Below, in pieces: positions 1 to 9,748 of a stretch of 64,000 nt of DNA. Positions within the stretch are counted from its first letter, which is position 1. Each line of letters begins with the position of its first letter. The notes under the pieces were generated by a model, which searched no databases, was not told the origin of the DNA, and saw nothing but the letters and a program-made list of their open reading frames with translations. Origin of the DNA: Candidatus Onthoplasma sp. (lineage in GTDB: Bacteria > Bacillota > Clostridia > Christensenellales > UBA1242); NCBI GenBank assembly GCA_045637825.1, contig JAZUAD010000021.1, positions 84 to 64,083 of the forward strand. Direction: 5' to 3'. A program made the translations under genes and the position numbers.

Positions 1-1317
1 AATAAATTTTTAAAATTAACTATATATTTTCCTGCGTTTATATTTTTAATGTTTTTTATTATATTTACTACATTTTTCTTAGTTGGTCCTATAATTAGTG
101 ATGCTTTTTTAAAAATATTAAATTATGTAATACAAAAACCAGTTATGAGCATTATTAAAAGTGCTACTAATTCAAAATTTATAATTGCAATTTTTAGCGA
201 AGGAATATTTGGGGCGTGCTTTAGTGTGTTGGGATTTTTACCACAGATTTGTTTAATGTATTTGTTTTTATCCATTTTAGAAAATAGTGGACTAATTACA
301 CGTATGGCATTTTTACTTGATGATATATTTCAAAAGATTGGATTAAATGGAAAGATGGTGTATACATTATTAATGGGGTTGGGGTGTTCAACAAGCGCAA
401 CTTTAACTGCTAAAAATATGGTGGACAAAAATTCGCAAATCAAGGCAAGCCTACTTACTCCGTTTATTAGTTGTAGCGCTAAGTTGCCTATATATACAAC
501 TTTGTGTTTAGCGTTATTTAGAGTTAATAGTATTTGGGTAATTTTTGGATTGTATATGTTAGGAATTGTGGTGGCGATTATATTTGCAATAATTTTTGAA
601 CGAACTATATTGCCTAGCCAAAACTCACAATTTATTATTGAGTTCCCTCCGTTGAAATTTCCTAAAATATTTGATATTTATAAAAGTATAAAAACAAGTT
701 GCAAGCAATTTATTTTTAAAGTATTTGGAATTATATTTGGAGCAAGTATAGTATTATGGTTATTAAGTAACTTAAACATTAGATTTGAATACGTGGGTGA
801 AGTTGGTAAATCAATACTTTATAGTTTTAGTAGTATAATTAGTTGGGCGTTTAAACCTGTAGGGCTAAACAATCCTAATATTATTTGTGCGTTACTAGTG
901 GGATTGGTTGCTAAGGAATTGATTTTGTCGCACTTTGCAATTTGTAACAAAGTAACTAATTTGGGTTTGTTGGGTGTCAGTTTGGTTAGCGTTTCAAGTC
1001 CGGTTAATTTTGGTATTGCCGAAGGGGTTTCGTTTTTAGTGTTCACCTTGCTGTATTTTCCGTGTATTTCAAATTTTGCAGTGCTGTTAAAAGAGGTTGG
1101 TGTTAAATATACCCTAATAGGTATAGCACTTCAACTAGGGCTTGCTTATTTGATTGCGTTTATCTTGTATAGTTTGCTGGCTAAGGGGTTGGTATATACA
1201 ATGGTTGCTTTGTTAGTGGTGGCAATAATTTTGTTGGCGATAAAAATAATATTAAACAAAGTCAAATCAAAAAAAATATTTTGTAAATGCGCAAATTGTA
1301 ATAATTGCAAATTTTGA
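1..1317 (+). CDS. feoB: Ferrous iron transporter FeoB, C-terminal membrane portion; the 5' end runs off the window
   Basis: Frame 1 is open from base 1, so the listed ATG at 49 is probably internal. Polytopic membrane protein with FeoB gate-type motifs (GLGCSTSATL, PFISCSAKLP) and a Cys-rich tail CKCANCNNC. TGA stop at 1315-1317. Confidence 0.75.
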   Translation, partial: NKFLKLTIYFPAFIFLMFFIIFTTFFLVGPIISDAFLKILNYVIQKPVMSIIKSATNSKFIIAIFSEGIFGACFSVLGFLPQICLMYLFLSILENSGLITRMAFLLDDIFQKIGLNGKMVYTLLMGLGCSTSATLTAKNMVDKNSQIKASLLTPFISCSAKLPIYTTLCLALFRVNSIWVIFGLYMLGIVVAIIFAIIFERTILPSQNSQFIIEFPPLKFPKIFDIYKSIKTSCKQFIFKVFGIIFGASIVLWLLSNLNIRFEYVGEVGKSILYSFSSIISWAFKPVGLNNPNIICALLVGLVAKELILSHFAICNKVTNLGLLGVSLVSVSSPVNFGIAEGVSFLVFTLLYFPCISNFAVLLKEVGVKYTLIGIALQLGLAYLIAFILYSLLAKGLVYTMVALLVVAIILLAIKIILNKVKSKKIFCKCANCNNCKF

Positions 1318-1352
1318 AAATAAAAAATATTTTTATTAATGGTTTCGACAGG

Positions 1353-1390
1353 GTTAGCCAAAATAGTTTTAAATTTTGGTTAACTTTTTT
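1353..1390 (+). terminator. Intrinsic terminator after feoB
   Basis: 12-nt arms gttagccaaaat / attttggttaac (1 mismatch) followed by TTTTTT. Confidence 0.6.
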
Positions 1391-1543
1391 AATTGTGTTA
1401 GATGGGGATTTTCTGAAAATTTAGTTATTTTTAAAATATTTTGAAATAAGGATTGAAAAAAAATAGATTATTTGATATAATATATTTTGAATTAAAAAAT
1501 TATTGCAAAGCAAATTATGTATTTGCAGTAAAAGAGGTGAATT

Positions 1544-2863
1544 ATGAATAAGCCAATTGTGGCAGTGGTTGGAAAACCTAACGTGGGTAAAAGCACGTTT
1601 TTTAACAAAGTTGTAGGACGTAGAATTAGTATAGTGGAAGATACCCCTGGTGTTACTAGGGATAGGATTTTTGCCGATGCAACTTGGTGTGGATATGCGT
1701 TTACTTTAGTAGATACTGGCGGATTAGATTTTGAAGCAAAGGACGAAATTAATGCAAACATTTTAGAGCAAGCGCAACTAGCAATTGATGTTGCAGATGT
1801 GATTGTGTTTTTTGTAGATGGTAAAGAGGGTATGACATCGCAAGATAAGGAAGTGGCAAATTATCTTCGTAAAAGCAAAGCGCCTAAAGTATTGGCGGTT
1901 AACAAGTTGGATAATAACGAAATAGAAAAGACGTATGAGTTTTACGACCTTGGTTTAGGCGAACCTTTTGGTGTGTCGGTAGAGCATGGTAAAGGGGTGG
2001 GCGACTTGTTAGATGAAATTGTGGCACATATTAAACAAATACCAGAAACTGAAGCAAACAAGGGGTTAAAACTTGCAATAGTAGGTAAACCAAACGCCGG
2101 TAAAAGTACGCTTACTAATTATCTAGTTGGTGAAAAGCGTGTGGCGGTTAGTAGCGTGGCAGGTACTACTCGTGACGCTATTGAAGTTCCATTTAGATAC
2201 AATAATGAAGATTACTTTATTATTGATACTGCAGGGCTTAGAAAGAAAAGCAAAATAGAACCATCTAGTATCGAGCGTTATAGTGCGGTGCGTAGTCTTG
2301 ACGCTATTACACGTTGTGATGTGGCAATACTGGTAATTGATGCCGAGCAAGGTATTACCGAGCAAGATGTAAAGATTGCAGGGCTAATTCACGAGCAAGG
2401 CAAACCTAGTGTGATAGTAATCAACAAGTGGGATTTGATTGATAAGCAAACTGGAACTTTGGAAAGTTATAAAAAGAAGTTGGAAGTAGACCTTGCCTTT
2501 ATGAAATATTTTGTACCAGTGTTTATTTCTTGTAAGGAACATAAGCGTACAGGCAAGGTTATGGAAATGGTTGAAAAGGTATATGCAAATTCAACTAGGG
2601 AAATAAGTATGGGATTATTTAATAACGTATTGGTTAATGCAATTAGTGTAACACAACCACCATACAAAAATGGCAGACGTATGAAAATTACACACGGTAA
2701 ACAAAGTTCTAACTGTCCACCAACTTTTGATATATATTGTAATGATGCATCTATTGCTGATAATGCATATACTAAATATTTGGAAAATGCATTTAGACGT
2801 GCTTGGGACTTTAGTGGAACTCCTATTAAAATTCAATTTAAGTCACGCAGTGATAAAGATTAA
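1544..2863 (+). CDS. der: Ribosome-associated GTPase Der/EngA (two tandem GTPase domains plus KH-like C-terminus)
   Basis: Two P-loops (GKPNVGKST, GKPNAGKST), two DTAG/DTGG and NKxD motifs. RBS agaggtg lies before the ATG. Confidence 0.95.
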   Translation: MNKPIVAVVGKPNVGKSTFFNKVVGRRISIVEDTPGVTRDRIFADATWCGYAFTLVDTGGLDFEAKDEINANILEQAQLAIDVADVIVFFVDGKEGMTSQDKEVANYLRKSKAPKVLAVNKLDNNEIEKTYEFYDLGLGEPFGVSVEHGKGVGDLLDEIVAHIKQIPETEANKGLKLAIVGKPNAGKSTLTNYLVGEKRVAVSSVAGTTRDAIEVPFRYNNEDYFIIDTAGLRKKSKIEPSSIERYSAVRSLDAITRCDVAILVIDAEQGITEQDVKIAGLIHEQGKPSVIVINKWDLIDKQTGTLESYKKKLEVDLAFMKYFVPVFISCKEHKRTGKVMEMVEKVYANSTREISMGLFNNVLVNAISVTQPPYKNGRRMKITHGKQSSNCPPTFDIYCNDASIADNAYTKYLENAFRRAWDFSGTPIKIQFKSRSDKD

Positions 2864-2870
2864 TTAATTT

Positions 2871-2898
2871 AACGCTTACATTTAGTAGGCGTTTTTTT
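2871..2898 (+). terminator. Intrinsic terminator after der
   Basis: Hairpin aacgcttac/gtaggcgtt followed by a T-run. Confidence 0.6.
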
Positions 2899-2986
2899 GT
2901 TAAAAAATATACAAATTTGATAACTTGGTTAAATTTGCTTGCTTAAAATTTAAAATTTGGTTATTATAAATGATATAAGGATATTT

Positions 2987-3751
2987 ATGAAAGTTTTATA
3001 TTTAATTATTTTAGCAGTATGTAGTTATTTGTTTGGCAATATTAACTTTGCCAAGATTATATCTAAGTGTAAAAAGGACGACATTACTAAGCATGGTAGT
3101 GGTAACCCTGGTACACTTAATATGTTGCGTACCTTTGGCTTTAAGTGGGCAATTCTTAATATGACCTTGGAAATATGTAAAGGATTGATACCAACCCTTG
3201 CAGCAAAACTAATATTTAAAGATATGGATATTGCGCAAATTGCAATATACGTTGCAGGCGTCTCAGTAATATTGGGTCATATTTTTCCAGTTATGTGCAA
3301 GTTTAAAGGCGGAAAGGGTGTGGCTGCCTTTGCGGGCTTTAGCTTTATAGCGCTACCTTGGTGGGTTGCATTAATTGTGCTAGTTGTTTGCTTTACCTTT
3401 GTTACAATTACCAGTATTGGTTCAGTTGGAACTCTAGGTTTTGTATTAATTTCTGCAACCATACAATTAGTTCGTATTAATCCAGAAAATTATGGTTGGC
3501 TTTGCTATATAGCATTGGTTGCTATAGTAACCTTAATTATGTATGTACATCGTGGAAACATTAAAAGACTATTCCAAGGTAAGGAAAATCCTACAAACAT
3601 TCGTGCTGCATTTAAAAAGGATTTTAATTTAAACAAGGAAAAAGTGTCTGCAGAGGGAAAAGATGTTAAAATTTTAAGTGCAGAAAGTACCGACGTTAAA
3701 CAAACTGAGGAAGTTAAACCAGTACAAGAAGATAGCGCTGAAAATAACTAA
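2987..3751 (+). CDS. plsY: Glycerol-3-phosphate acyltransferase PlsY, with an acidic/lysine-rich ~55-aa C-terminal tail
   Basis: Motifs SGNPGTLN and HIFPVxxKFKGGKGVA. The ATG at 2987 follows RBS aagga. The listed ORF start at 2957 is a TTG with no RBS. Confidence 0.9.
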   Translation: MKVLYLIILAVCSYLFGNINFAKIISKCKKDDITKHGSGNPGTLNMLRTFGFKWAILNMTLEICKGLIPTLAAKLIFKDMDIAQIAIYVAGVSVILGHIFPVMCKFKGGKGVAAFAGFSFIALPWWVALIVLVVCFTFVTITSIGSVGTLGFVLISATIQLVRINPENYGWLCYIALVAIVTLIMYVHRGNIKRLFQGKENPTNIRAAFKKDFNLNKEKVSAEGKDVKILSAESTDVKQTEEVKPVQEDSAENN

Positions 3752-3764
3752 AATTATATTAAAA

Positions 3765-3793
3765 TCAAGGTCGTTAAGGACTTTGGTTTTTTG
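3765..3793 (+). terminator. Intrinsic terminator after plsY
   Basis: Hairpin caaggtc/gactttg followed by TTTTTT. Confidence 0.55.
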
Positions 3794-3878
3794 TTTGTCA
3801 AAAAATGTAAAATTATAGTAAAATGATGATTTTAATATTAAAAATTTTAGCATAATTAAACTAAATTTTTAAAAACAC

Positions 3879-3907
3879 TTGTAATTTAGTTTTCGTTATG
3901 TTATAAT
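3879..3907 (+). promoter_or_regulatory. Sigma-A-type promoter upstream of rnj (TTGTAA-17 nt-TATAAT), implying a ~190-nt 5' leader
   Basis: -35 ttgtaa at 3879-3884, 17-nt spacer, -10 tataat at 3902-3907. Confidence 0.5.
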
Positions 3908-4101
3908 AACACCAGTAAGTTATTTTTTTATTTTTAATTTTGTAACAGGGGTGTTGCTAATAAAAGGTTTACATTGATGTATTATGAGCGGGAGAATTGT
4001 GCCCATAATCAAATGTATTGCATAAGTGTTTTTTGTAAGCACATATATACCGACTTAATAATTTACTAAATAATATAAAAATGATTTAAAAGGAAAAATT
4101 T

Positions 4102-6045
4102 ATGGAAGAATATGAAAGATTATTAACAAGTGAGGAGTTTGATAGTTCGCTATTAGAACAAGCAGAACTATTGATGAACAAATCCAATCGAAGCGGAATG
4201 CGTAAATCCTCAACTCGACCAAGAAATACTAAGGTGGCGGGCGCTAAGGGCGAAAAAACTAAGTCTAATAGTGCTAATAATAAGCAAAATACCGTAAAAG
4301 TAGACAAAGTTAACAATGAAAAGCCAGTAGCAAAAACTAAAGAAGAACCAAAGCAAATTAAAAAATCAACTTCTCGAAAAACTGGTAATAAAAACAACTT
4401 AAAAGTTATGTTCCTTGGCGGAATTGGCGAAGTAGGTAAAAATATGACCGTATTTGAATACGGCAACGATATATTGATTGTTGATAGCGGGGTAATGTTC
4501 CCAGACGATAGTTTGTTGGGTATTGACCTAGTTGTACCTGATATCACTTATTTGCTTGAAAATAAGGACAAAATTCGTGGTATGGTAATAACTCACGGTC
4601 ACGAGGACCATATTGGAGGGTTACCTTATGTTTTAAACGATATTAAAACACCTATTTATGCTAGTGCGCTTACTTGCGGTATGATTCAAAAGAAGATGGA
4701 CGAGTTTAGAAAAATTCAATATAAAACTCAAGTGGTTCGTCCTAGACAAAAGGTTAAAATAGGTTGTTTTGAAGTAGAATTTTTAAATGTTAACCACTCA
4801 ATAGCAGGAGCTTATGGCTTGGCTATTAAAACTCCTGTAGGTATTGTAATGCATTCGGGTGACTTTAAGGTTGACTTAACACCTGTTCACGGTGAACGTA
4901 TAGACTTCCATCGTTTTGCAGAATATGGTAGCAAGGGTGTGTTATTGTATATGGCAGACTCTACAAACGCTGAGCGTTCGGGCTATTCAATGAGCGAAAA
5001 AGTGGTAAGTAATACCTTTGAAAATTTATTTGCCGACCATAAAAAAGAACGTATTATTATTGCAACCTTTGCTTCAAACGTGCATAGATTGCAAGAAATA
5101 ATGAATATTGCCGAACGTAATGGACGTAAAATAACATTTACTGGTCGTAGTATGGTTAATGTTACAGATGTTGCTACAAAAGTTGGCGAAATGAAAATTA
5201 ATAAGGCAAACATTGTAGATATTGATAAATTAAATAATTATAGAGATGAAGAAATTTGTATCATTTCTACAGGTAGCCAAGGCGAACCTATGAGTGCGTT
5301 ATCACGTATGGCTAACGGCGAATTTAAGGGCTTGGAAATTGGAAATAACGATTGTATTATTTTCTCTAGTAGTCCAATTCCGGGTAACGAAAAAATGGTT
5401 AACAATGTAATTAACAAACTAATTACTTTGGGTGCCGATGTTATATACAATCAACTAGAACAAGTGCACGCTTCTGGTCATGCATACAAGGAAGAATTAA
5501 AGATGATGTTTGCGCTAGTAAAACCTAAATATTTTATACCAGTTCACGGCGAACAAAAGCATTTGATGGCTCACGCAAGTATTGCTGAAAGTATGGGCGT
5601 TGACCGCCATAATGTATTAATTCCGCAACTAGGTATGAAAGTAGATGTTGGCGAACGAACATTTAAGGCAAATGGCTTTGTTCCATTTGGTAACAGATTG
5701 ATTGACGGTGCTGGCGTTGGCGAAATGGAAAGTAATGTGTTAAAGGAACGTAAACAATTGTCGGAAGATGGACTATGTGTGGTTATTGTTAACATTAATC
5801 CTAACTTAGGCAAGTTTGCTTCACGTCCTGAAATAGTTTCGCGTGGTTTTACTTATATGGGTGAGGCACAATCTTGGTTGGAAGATGCTAAAAATGTAGT
5901 TATAGATTCAGCTGAGGAAGTCGACCTAAAAGCACGTGACTATATGACCTTAAAACAAAATATTAGAAAACAATTAACCAACTTCTTAAACAAAAAATTA
6001 AAGCGTAAGCCGATGATAATACCTATAATAGTGGAGAGTAATTAA
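4102..6045 (+). CDS. rnj: Ribonuclease J (metallo-beta-lactamase / beta-CASP) with a ~100-aa basic N-terminal extension
   Basis: Motifs GGIGEVGKNM and ITHGHEDHIGGLP (HxHxDH), beta-CASP region, C-terminal domain. RBS aaagga lies before the ATG at 4102. Confidence 0.9.
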   Translation: MEEYERLLTSEEFDSSLLEQAELLMNKSNRSGMRKSSTRPRNTKVAGAKGEKTKSNSANNKQNTVKVDKVNNEKPVAKTKEEPKQIKKSTSRKTGNKNNLKVMFLGGIGEVGKNMTVFEYGNDILIVDSGVMFPDDSLLGIDLVVPDITYLLENKDKIRGMVITHGHEDHIGGLPYVLNDIKTPIYASALTCGMIQKKMDEFRKIQYKTQVVRPRQKVKIGCFEVEFLNVNHSIAGAYGLAIKTPVGIVMHSGDFKVDLTPVHGERIDFHRFAEYGSKGVLLYMADSTNAERSGYSMSEKVVSNTFENLFADHKKERIIIATFASNVHRLQEIMNIAERNGRKITFTGRSMVNVTDVATKVGEMKINKANIVDIDKLNNYRDEEICIISTGSQGEPMSALSRMANGEFKGLEIGNNDCIIFSSSPIPGNEKMVNNVINKLITLGADVIYNQLEQVHASGHAYKEELKMMFALVKPKYFIPVHGEQKHLMAHASIAESMGVDRHNVLIPQLGMKVDVGERTFKANGFVPFGNRLIDGAGVGEMESNVLKERKQLSEDGLCVVIVNINPNLGKFASRPEIVSRGFTYMGEAQSWLEDAKNVVIDSAEEVDLKARDYMTLKQNIRKQLTNFLNKKLKRKPMIIPIIVESN

Positions 6046-6047
6046 TT

Positions 6048-6623
6048 ATGTTAACTGCCTTAAAAATATATGCAGAAAAAAACGATATTCCTATTACAAA
6101 AGATGATACAATGCAATTTATTGTTGACTATATTAATACTAACAAAGTAAAAACAATACTAGAAATTGGTACTGCTATTGCTTATGGTAGTATTAATATG
6201 GCAATGTGCGATAGCGTTACTAATGTAACAACGTTGGAAATATCAACCGACAACTATCGTGAAGCACTAAACAATATTGCTAAATATAATATGTTAAACA
6301 AAATAGATGCAAGACTGATTGATGCTAGGTGGTATATTAACGAGTGTGACAAAAAGTTTGATTTGATTTACCTAGATGGACCTAAAGGTCAATACATCAA
6401 TTATTTACCTAGATTATTGGAATTATTAAACCCAAATGGAGCAATTATTGCCGATAATATTTTGTTTCACGGAATGGTTAATGGCGAAATTGTTACACCA
6501 TCATCTTGTAGAAGTATGGTTAATGGTTTAAGGCAATTTATTGATGAGGTTACACATAATCCTAAACTGGACAGTCATATCTATCATATAGGTGACGGGG
6601 TTTGTGTAACTAAACTAAAATAG
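6048..6623 (+). CDS. trmR: Class I SAM-dependent O-methyltransferase, YrrM/TrmR-like
   Basis: SAM-binding motif ILEIGTAIAYGS and DLIYLDGPK. Sits directly upstream of a U32 peptidase, as in the Bacillus yrrM-yrrN/O locus. Confidence 0.65.
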   Translation: MLTALKIYAEKNDIPITKDDTMQFIVDYINTNKVKTILEIGTAIAYGSINMAMCDSVTNVTTLEISTDNYREALNNIAKYNMLNKIDARLIDARWYINECDKKFDLIYLDGPKGQYINYLPRLLELLNPNGAIIADNILFHGMVNGEIVTPSSCRSMVNGLRQFIDEVTHNPKLDSHIYHIGDGVCVTKLK

Positions 6624-6642
6624 AATTTAAAATGGAGAAAAT

Positions 6643-7842
6643 ATGGAATTATTAGCCCCTGTGGGAAATATTGATAAACTAAAACTAGCAATCCATTATG
6701 GCGCTGATGCAGTATATCTTGCTTCTAAGCGCTTTGGGTTGCGTACTTTTGCTGGCAATTTTGATATGGAACAACTTGCTTGGGCAGTAGATTTTGTACA
6801 CAAGGCAGGCAAAAAAATTTATATCACTATCAATATTATTCCGCATGATAGCGATTTTGATGGCCTTGAAGATTATATTAAAGATTTGAACAACCTTGGT
6901 GTAGATGCTGTTATTGTGGCAGATTTGGGTGTTATGCAAGTGGTAAAACGTGTGGCACCTAACCTTGATATTCATATATCAACACAAGCAAATGTGACAA
7001 ATAGCGAAACTGCTAAATTTTATGCTAGCTTAGGTGCGAAGCGTATAATTTTGGCTAGGGAGTTAAGTTTGGAAGAAATTAAAAAACTTCGTAGTGAACT
7101 TCCTAGTGAAGTGGAACTAGAATGTTTTGGTCATGGTGCTATGTGTATTAGTTATTCGGGTAGATGTTTGCTATCAACCTTTATGACAGGTCGTGATGCT
7201 AATCGTGGCGCTTGTGTGCAAGCGTGTAGATGGAATTACACTATTCGTGAAACTAATAAAACTGAGGAATATCCTATCGAGGAAGATAGTAAAGGTACAT
7301 ATATACTAAATTCACACGATATGTGTATGATAAACTATCTTGACCAACTTCGTGATGCAGGTATTGCCAGCATTAAGGTGGAAGGCCGTATGAAAAGCGA
7401 ATATTACGTGGCCAATATTGTAAATGCTTATCGTAAGGCATTAGATTATATGGAAAGTCACTCTAATTATGATTTACCAGAGGAAATTGCAAACGAAGTA
7501 AATAAATCTAGCCATAGAACCTATAGTACAGGATTTTTCTTTGGTTCGGCTAAGCAAAATTTACAAACCTCTATGCCTGAAGCGGAATATGATTTTATAG
7601 CAATAGTGCTAGAAGATAGTGCTAATGGTAGGGCGTTGGTTGAAATGCGTAACAGATTTTTAACAAATACAAGTTTAGAAGTGTTGTCTAAATTTAAAAA
7701 TAATGCTATAATAAATATCAATAAGATTGAAACCGAAGAGGGTGAAGAAATTGATGATGTTAAAGTGGTTCAACAAAAAGTATATGTTTATACCGATAAA
7801 CCTTTACATAAATTTGATATCTTGAGGCGTAAAAAATCTTAG
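6643..7842 (+). CDS. Peptidase U32 family protein (YrrO/TrhP-like, tRNA hydroxylation associated)
   Basis: U32 signature around ECFGHGAMCISYSGRCLLS and KVEGRMKS. Confidence 0.8.
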   Translation: MELLAPVGNIDKLKLAIHYGADAVYLASKRFGLRTFAGNFDMEQLAWAVDFVHKAGKKIYITINIIPHDSDFDGLEDYIKDLNNLGVDAVIVADLGVMQVVKRVAPNLDIHISTQANVTNSETAKFYASLGAKRIILARELSLEEIKKLRSELPSEVELECFGHGAMCISYSGRCLLSTFMTGRDANRGACVQACRWNYTIRETNKTEEYPIEEDSKGTYILNSHDMCMINYLDQLRDAGIASIKVEGRMKSEYYVANIVNAYRKALDYMESHSNYDLPEEIANEVNKSSHRTYSTGFFFGSAKQNLQTSMPEAEYDFIAIVLEDSANGRALVEMRNRFLTNTSLEVLSKFKNNAIININKIETEEGEEIDDVKVVQQKVYVYTDKPLHKFDILRRKKS

Positions 7843-7896
7843 ATTTGTACAAACATACAATACAAAAAATAAAATATAATACTATGAAGGAAGAAT

Positions 7897-8802
7897 ATGC
7901 AACAAAAGTCGCTAATTGTAATATACAATCCCAATGCACGTAAAGGCAAAATTAAGGAAGTTATGCCTTACATTCAACAACGTCTATCTACTAAGTTTAG
8001 TCCTTGCGACACTGTGCAAAGTAAAAGTGCGGAAGATATGATAGATTTGGCACGCAAAAATGCTGAAAAGTATGACTGTGTGGTGGTTGCTGGCGGAGAT
8101 GGAAGTATACATAATGTAATAAATGGAGTTAAGCAAAGCAAGGGTAGACCTACACTTGGATTTTTGCCTTACGGAACGGTTAATGATGTATGTAGAACGC
8201 TTAATGTACCTAGAGATTTAGATAAAGCAATAGACGTTATATTGCGTGGCGAAACTATTAAATATGACATTATGCAAGAAGGTAATAATTTTATGATATA
8301 TACCTTTGCGGGCGGAATGTTTGTTAGCACTAGTTTTAAAACCAGTACTGGTATGAAAAAATTATTAGGTAAATTTGCATATTTTATAACAGGCGCAAAG
8401 CAATTATTTAGCATGCGAACACTACCTTTAACGGTGGAAATAGATGGTGAACGTCATCATGGTAGATATATTATGATGATGGTGCTAAATAGTGCCTCAG
8501 CAGCGGGCTTTAAGATTAATAAAACTCGTGATATTGATGATGGGTTGTTAGATGTTATATTAATTGAGAAAAAGCGCAGTTTCTTTAAAGCTTTATTTAC
8601 CTTGCTTAAGATGTTTTTGTTTGGCTTAAAGAGCGTAAAAAAACATAAAAATGTTATACTAAGAAAGTGTAAAAGCGTAAAGATTGAAAATCACTCAAAC
8701 GAACCCTTTACTCAAGATGGTGAGGAGGCAGATTTCCTAACCAAGGAAATTAACATTACAGCACCTGTAACAGTGTTTTGGGGAACCGATAAAAAACAAT
8801 AA
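7897..8802 (+). CDS. dagK: Diacylglycerol/lipid kinase, YegS/BmrU/DagK family
   Basis: DAGK catalytic motif VVAGGDGSIHNV plus GTVNDV. Confidence 0.8.
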   Translation: MQQKSLIVIYNPNARKGKIKEVMPYIQQRLSTKFSPCDTVQSKSAEDMIDLARKNAEKYDCVVVAGGDGSIHNVINGVKQSKGRPTLGFLPYGTVNDVCRTLNVPRDLDKAIDVILRGETIKYDIMQEGNNFMIYTFAGGMFVSTSFKTSTGMKKLLGKFAYFITGAKQLFSMRTLPLTVEIDGERHHGRYIMMMVLNSASAAGFKINKTRDIDDGLLDVILIEKKRSFFKALFTLLKMFLFGLKSVKKHKNVILRKCKSVKIENHSNEPFTQDGEEADFLTKEINITAPVTVFWGTDKKQ

Positions 8803-8899
8803 ATGATTATTGAATAAAAGAGAATATTTAACAAATAATATTTGTATGTTAGACTTATCTTAAAAGGTAAGTCTTTTTTATTGATAAAAGGGGAATACA

Positions 8900-9694
8900 A
8901 TGAAAAAATTAGCACTAGTTTTAGGTGGCGGAGCAACTAAGGGTTATGCTCATATTGGAGTTTTAAAAGTGTTGGAACAAAATAATATAATTCCAGACCT
9001 AATAGTGGGTTGTAGTATGGGTGCTATTGTAGGCGGGCTATATGCTAGTGGTAAGGATAGCGATTACTTGTTAAATATAAGCAAAAAAATAACCAAAAAT
9101 AAGTTGATGGATTTTAATTTAATCAATCTTTTTGTAGGTTCTAATATAATGAGTGGTAAAAAACTAAGAAAAGTATTGTTTCAAGAAATAGGTGATATTA
9201 CTCACGAGCAATTAAAAATACCTTTTATAAGTGTAGCAACAGATATTATGGAAGGTAAGTTGGTGATTTTAAAGCAAGGTAAATTACTAGATAATATTTT
9301 AGCCAGTTCGTCTATTCCTGTAGTATTTCCTAGTATAAAAATAGATAATCAAATATTAGGCGATGGAGGTATATTAAATAATGTTCCAGATGCTGTTGCA
9401 AGAAAGGAAGCAAAAGATTATATTATTTTAACGATAGATGTTGTTGCTGATTATAAAAAACAGATTGAACATAGTAAATTAAAGATAGTGGCTTCAATGA
9501 TTAATTTAATTACATTAATGCAAACGGAAATAACTAAATTAAAAGGAGATTGTAGCGATATCCGTATAAATATTACACAGTCGGATATTTCGCAAATGGG
9601 CTTTGATAAAGATAGTATTGAAAGTTCAATAGACTATGGAATGGAATATATGAAAAGACATATATCAAAATTAAAAAAATTGTTGAAAGATTAA
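8900..9694 (+). CDS. Patatin-like phospholipase
   Basis: Oxyanion GGGATKG, nucleophile elbow GCSMGA (GxSxG), catalytic DGG. Confidence 0.85.
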   Translation: MKKLALVLGGGATKGYAHIGVLKVLEQNNIIPDLIVGCSMGAIVGGLYASGKDSDYLLNISKKITKNKLMDFNLINLFVGSNIMSGKKLRKVLFQEIGDITHEQLKIPFISVATDIMEGKLVILKQGKLLDNILASSSIPVVFPSIKIDNQILGDGGILNNVPDAVARKEAKDYIILTIDVVADYKKQIEHSKLKIVASMINLITLMQTEITKLKGDCSDIRINITQSDISQMGFDKDSIESSIDYGMEYMKRHISKLKKLLKD

Positions 9695-9748
9695 ATTTTT
9701 GTTGTTTATTTGCTTTACAAATTTTTTCAAGTAAGCTATTATAGAACT

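Noticed and set aside
4086-4547. 153-aa antisense ORF overlapping the rnj 5' region
   Set aside because: It is the mirror frame of a lysine/asparagine-rich coding segment, has low-complexity S/L/F-rich content and no RBS. The sense strand encodes a well-supported RNase J.
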